Made by a program: the position numbers and the translations under genes. This document shows positions 13,856 to 14,743 of a DNA stretch of 14,743 bases, piece after piece (the first letter of the stretch is position 1; each line of letters begins with the position of its first letter). A model generated the notes under the pieces. The model ran no database searches. It saw only the letters and a list, made by a program, of their open reading frames with translations, and was not told the DNA's origin. Origin of the DNA: Clostridia bacterium (GTDB taxonomy: Bacteria; Bacillota; Clostridia; Christensenellales; Aristaeellaceae); the NCBI GenBank assembly GCA_030526225.1, contig JAUNDF010000058.1, positions 1-14,743 of the forward strand. Direction: 5' to 3'.

Positions 13856-14743
13856 TTACTTGCACATTGCCTTGGCGATTTCGGCGCCCAGGGCAACGTT
13901 GTTGAACACCAGCTGGATGTTGGCCTCCAGGCTCTTGCCGGCGGTCAGCTTCTGAATCTTGTCCAGCAGGAAGGGGGTGATGTTCTTGCCGGTGATGCCC
14001 TTCTCGTCGCATTCCTTCACAGCGGCTTCAATGTAGCCGTTGATGTAGTCGGGATCCATGGCATGCTCGGCGGGGATGGGGTTGGCCACCAGCATGCCGC
14101 CCTTCAGGTCGCAATCCAGCTTGGCCTGGAAGGTGGCGGCGATTTCTTCGGGGGTATCCATGCGGTAATCAACCTTGAAGCCGCTCTTCTGGGCATAGAA
14201 GGCGGGCATGTCCTCGGTCTTGTAGCCCAGCACGGGAACACCCTTGGTTTCCAGATATTCCAGGGTCAGGCCGATATCCAGAATGGACTTGCAGCCGGCG
14301 CAAACGACCATCACGGGGGTCATGGCCAGCTCTTCCAGGTCGGCAGAGATGTCCATGGTGGTTTCGGCACCGCGGTGCACACCGCCGATGCCGCCGGTGG
14401 CGAACACCTTGATGCCGGCCAGTGCGGCACCGATCATGGTGGTGGTTACGGTGGTGGCGCCGTCAGCACCGCGGGCCAGCAGCACGGGCAGGTCGCGGCG
14501 GGAAGCCTTGGGCACATTCAGGCCAACCTTGCCCAGGTATTCGATTTCCTCGGCAGAGCAGCCAACGGTCAGCTTGCCCTTGATGATGGCGATGGTGGCG
14601 GGCACAGCGCCGTGATCGCGGATAATCTTTTCCACCTGCAGGGCGGTTTCCACATTCTTGGGATAGGGCATGCCATGGGAAATGATGGTGCTCTCCAGAG
14701 CCACAACAGGCTTGCCTGCATCGAGTGCAGCCTGAACTTCTTC
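13856..14743 (-). CDS. psuG: Pseudouridine-5'-phosphate glycosidase (IndA/PsuG family); N-terminus lies beyond the window edge
   Basis: The reading frame stays open to position 14743 (translation EEVQAALDAGKPVVALESTIISHGMPYP...). Family hallmarks: ALESTIISHGMPYPKN, FATGGIGGVHRG, DISADL.EL, VVCAGCKSILD, LEYLETKGVPV. Confidence 0.9.
   Translation of the reverse strand, partial: EEVQAALDAGKPVVALESTIISHGMPYPKNVETALQVEKIIRDHGAVPATIAIIKGKLTVGCSAEEIEYLGKVGLNVPKASRRDLPVLLARGADGATTVTTTMIGAALAGIKVFATGGIGGVHRGAETTMDISADLEELAMTPVMVVCAGCKSILDIGLTLEYLETKGVPVLGYKTEDMPAFYAQKSGFKVDYRMDTPEEIAATFQAKLDCDLKGGMLVANPIPAEHAMDPDYINGYIEAAVKECDEKGITGKNITPFLLDKIQKLTAGKSLEANIQLVFNNVALGAEIAKAMCK

Noticed and set aside
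13758-14012. ORFs 13758..13955 (+) and 13803..14012 (-) in or near the psuG 3' end.
   Set aside because: They overlap the psuG terminator and coding region in other frames. They are short, and the minus-strand one has an Arg/Gln/Pro-rich, junk-like composition with no RBS.

Overview
This looks like a chromosomal segment of a roughly 55-58% GC Firmicute (inference). The evidence is a T-box leader upstream of leuS, strong GGAGG ribosome-binding sites and C/G-ending codons, which would fit a Clostridia / Faecalibacterium-like organism. Housekeeping genes (rlmH, leuS behind a Leu T-box, psuG) alternate with small accessory modules.

Gene order, left to right:
- a small membrane protein (-)
- a translationally coupled pair of COG0523/CobW-type GTPases (+); the first carries a ~106-residue His/Asp/Glu/Cys tract
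- a likely co-transcribed run of membrane protein, rlmH, an unknown 248-aa ORF and a secreted barnase-family RNase (+)
- convergent with that run, mazE-mazF followed by a HicB antitoxin gene with no hicA (-)
- a solute-binding protein plus a hybrid sensor histidine kinase (+)
- T-box-leuS (+)
- a 78-aa GNAT-like remnant (+)
- a Fic-domain gene interrupted by an in-frame TAG (-)
- a 5'-truncated psuG (-)

I see no CRISPR array, rRNA/tRNA gene, transposase or integrase.

Most worth a second look:
- the barstar-less secreted barnase and the uncharacterised ORF upstream of it
- the mazEF + orphan hicB cluster
- the unusual COG0523 pair
- the amber-interrupted Fic gene and its phased operator-like repeat array

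All homology statements come from by-eye motif recognition, not database searches.
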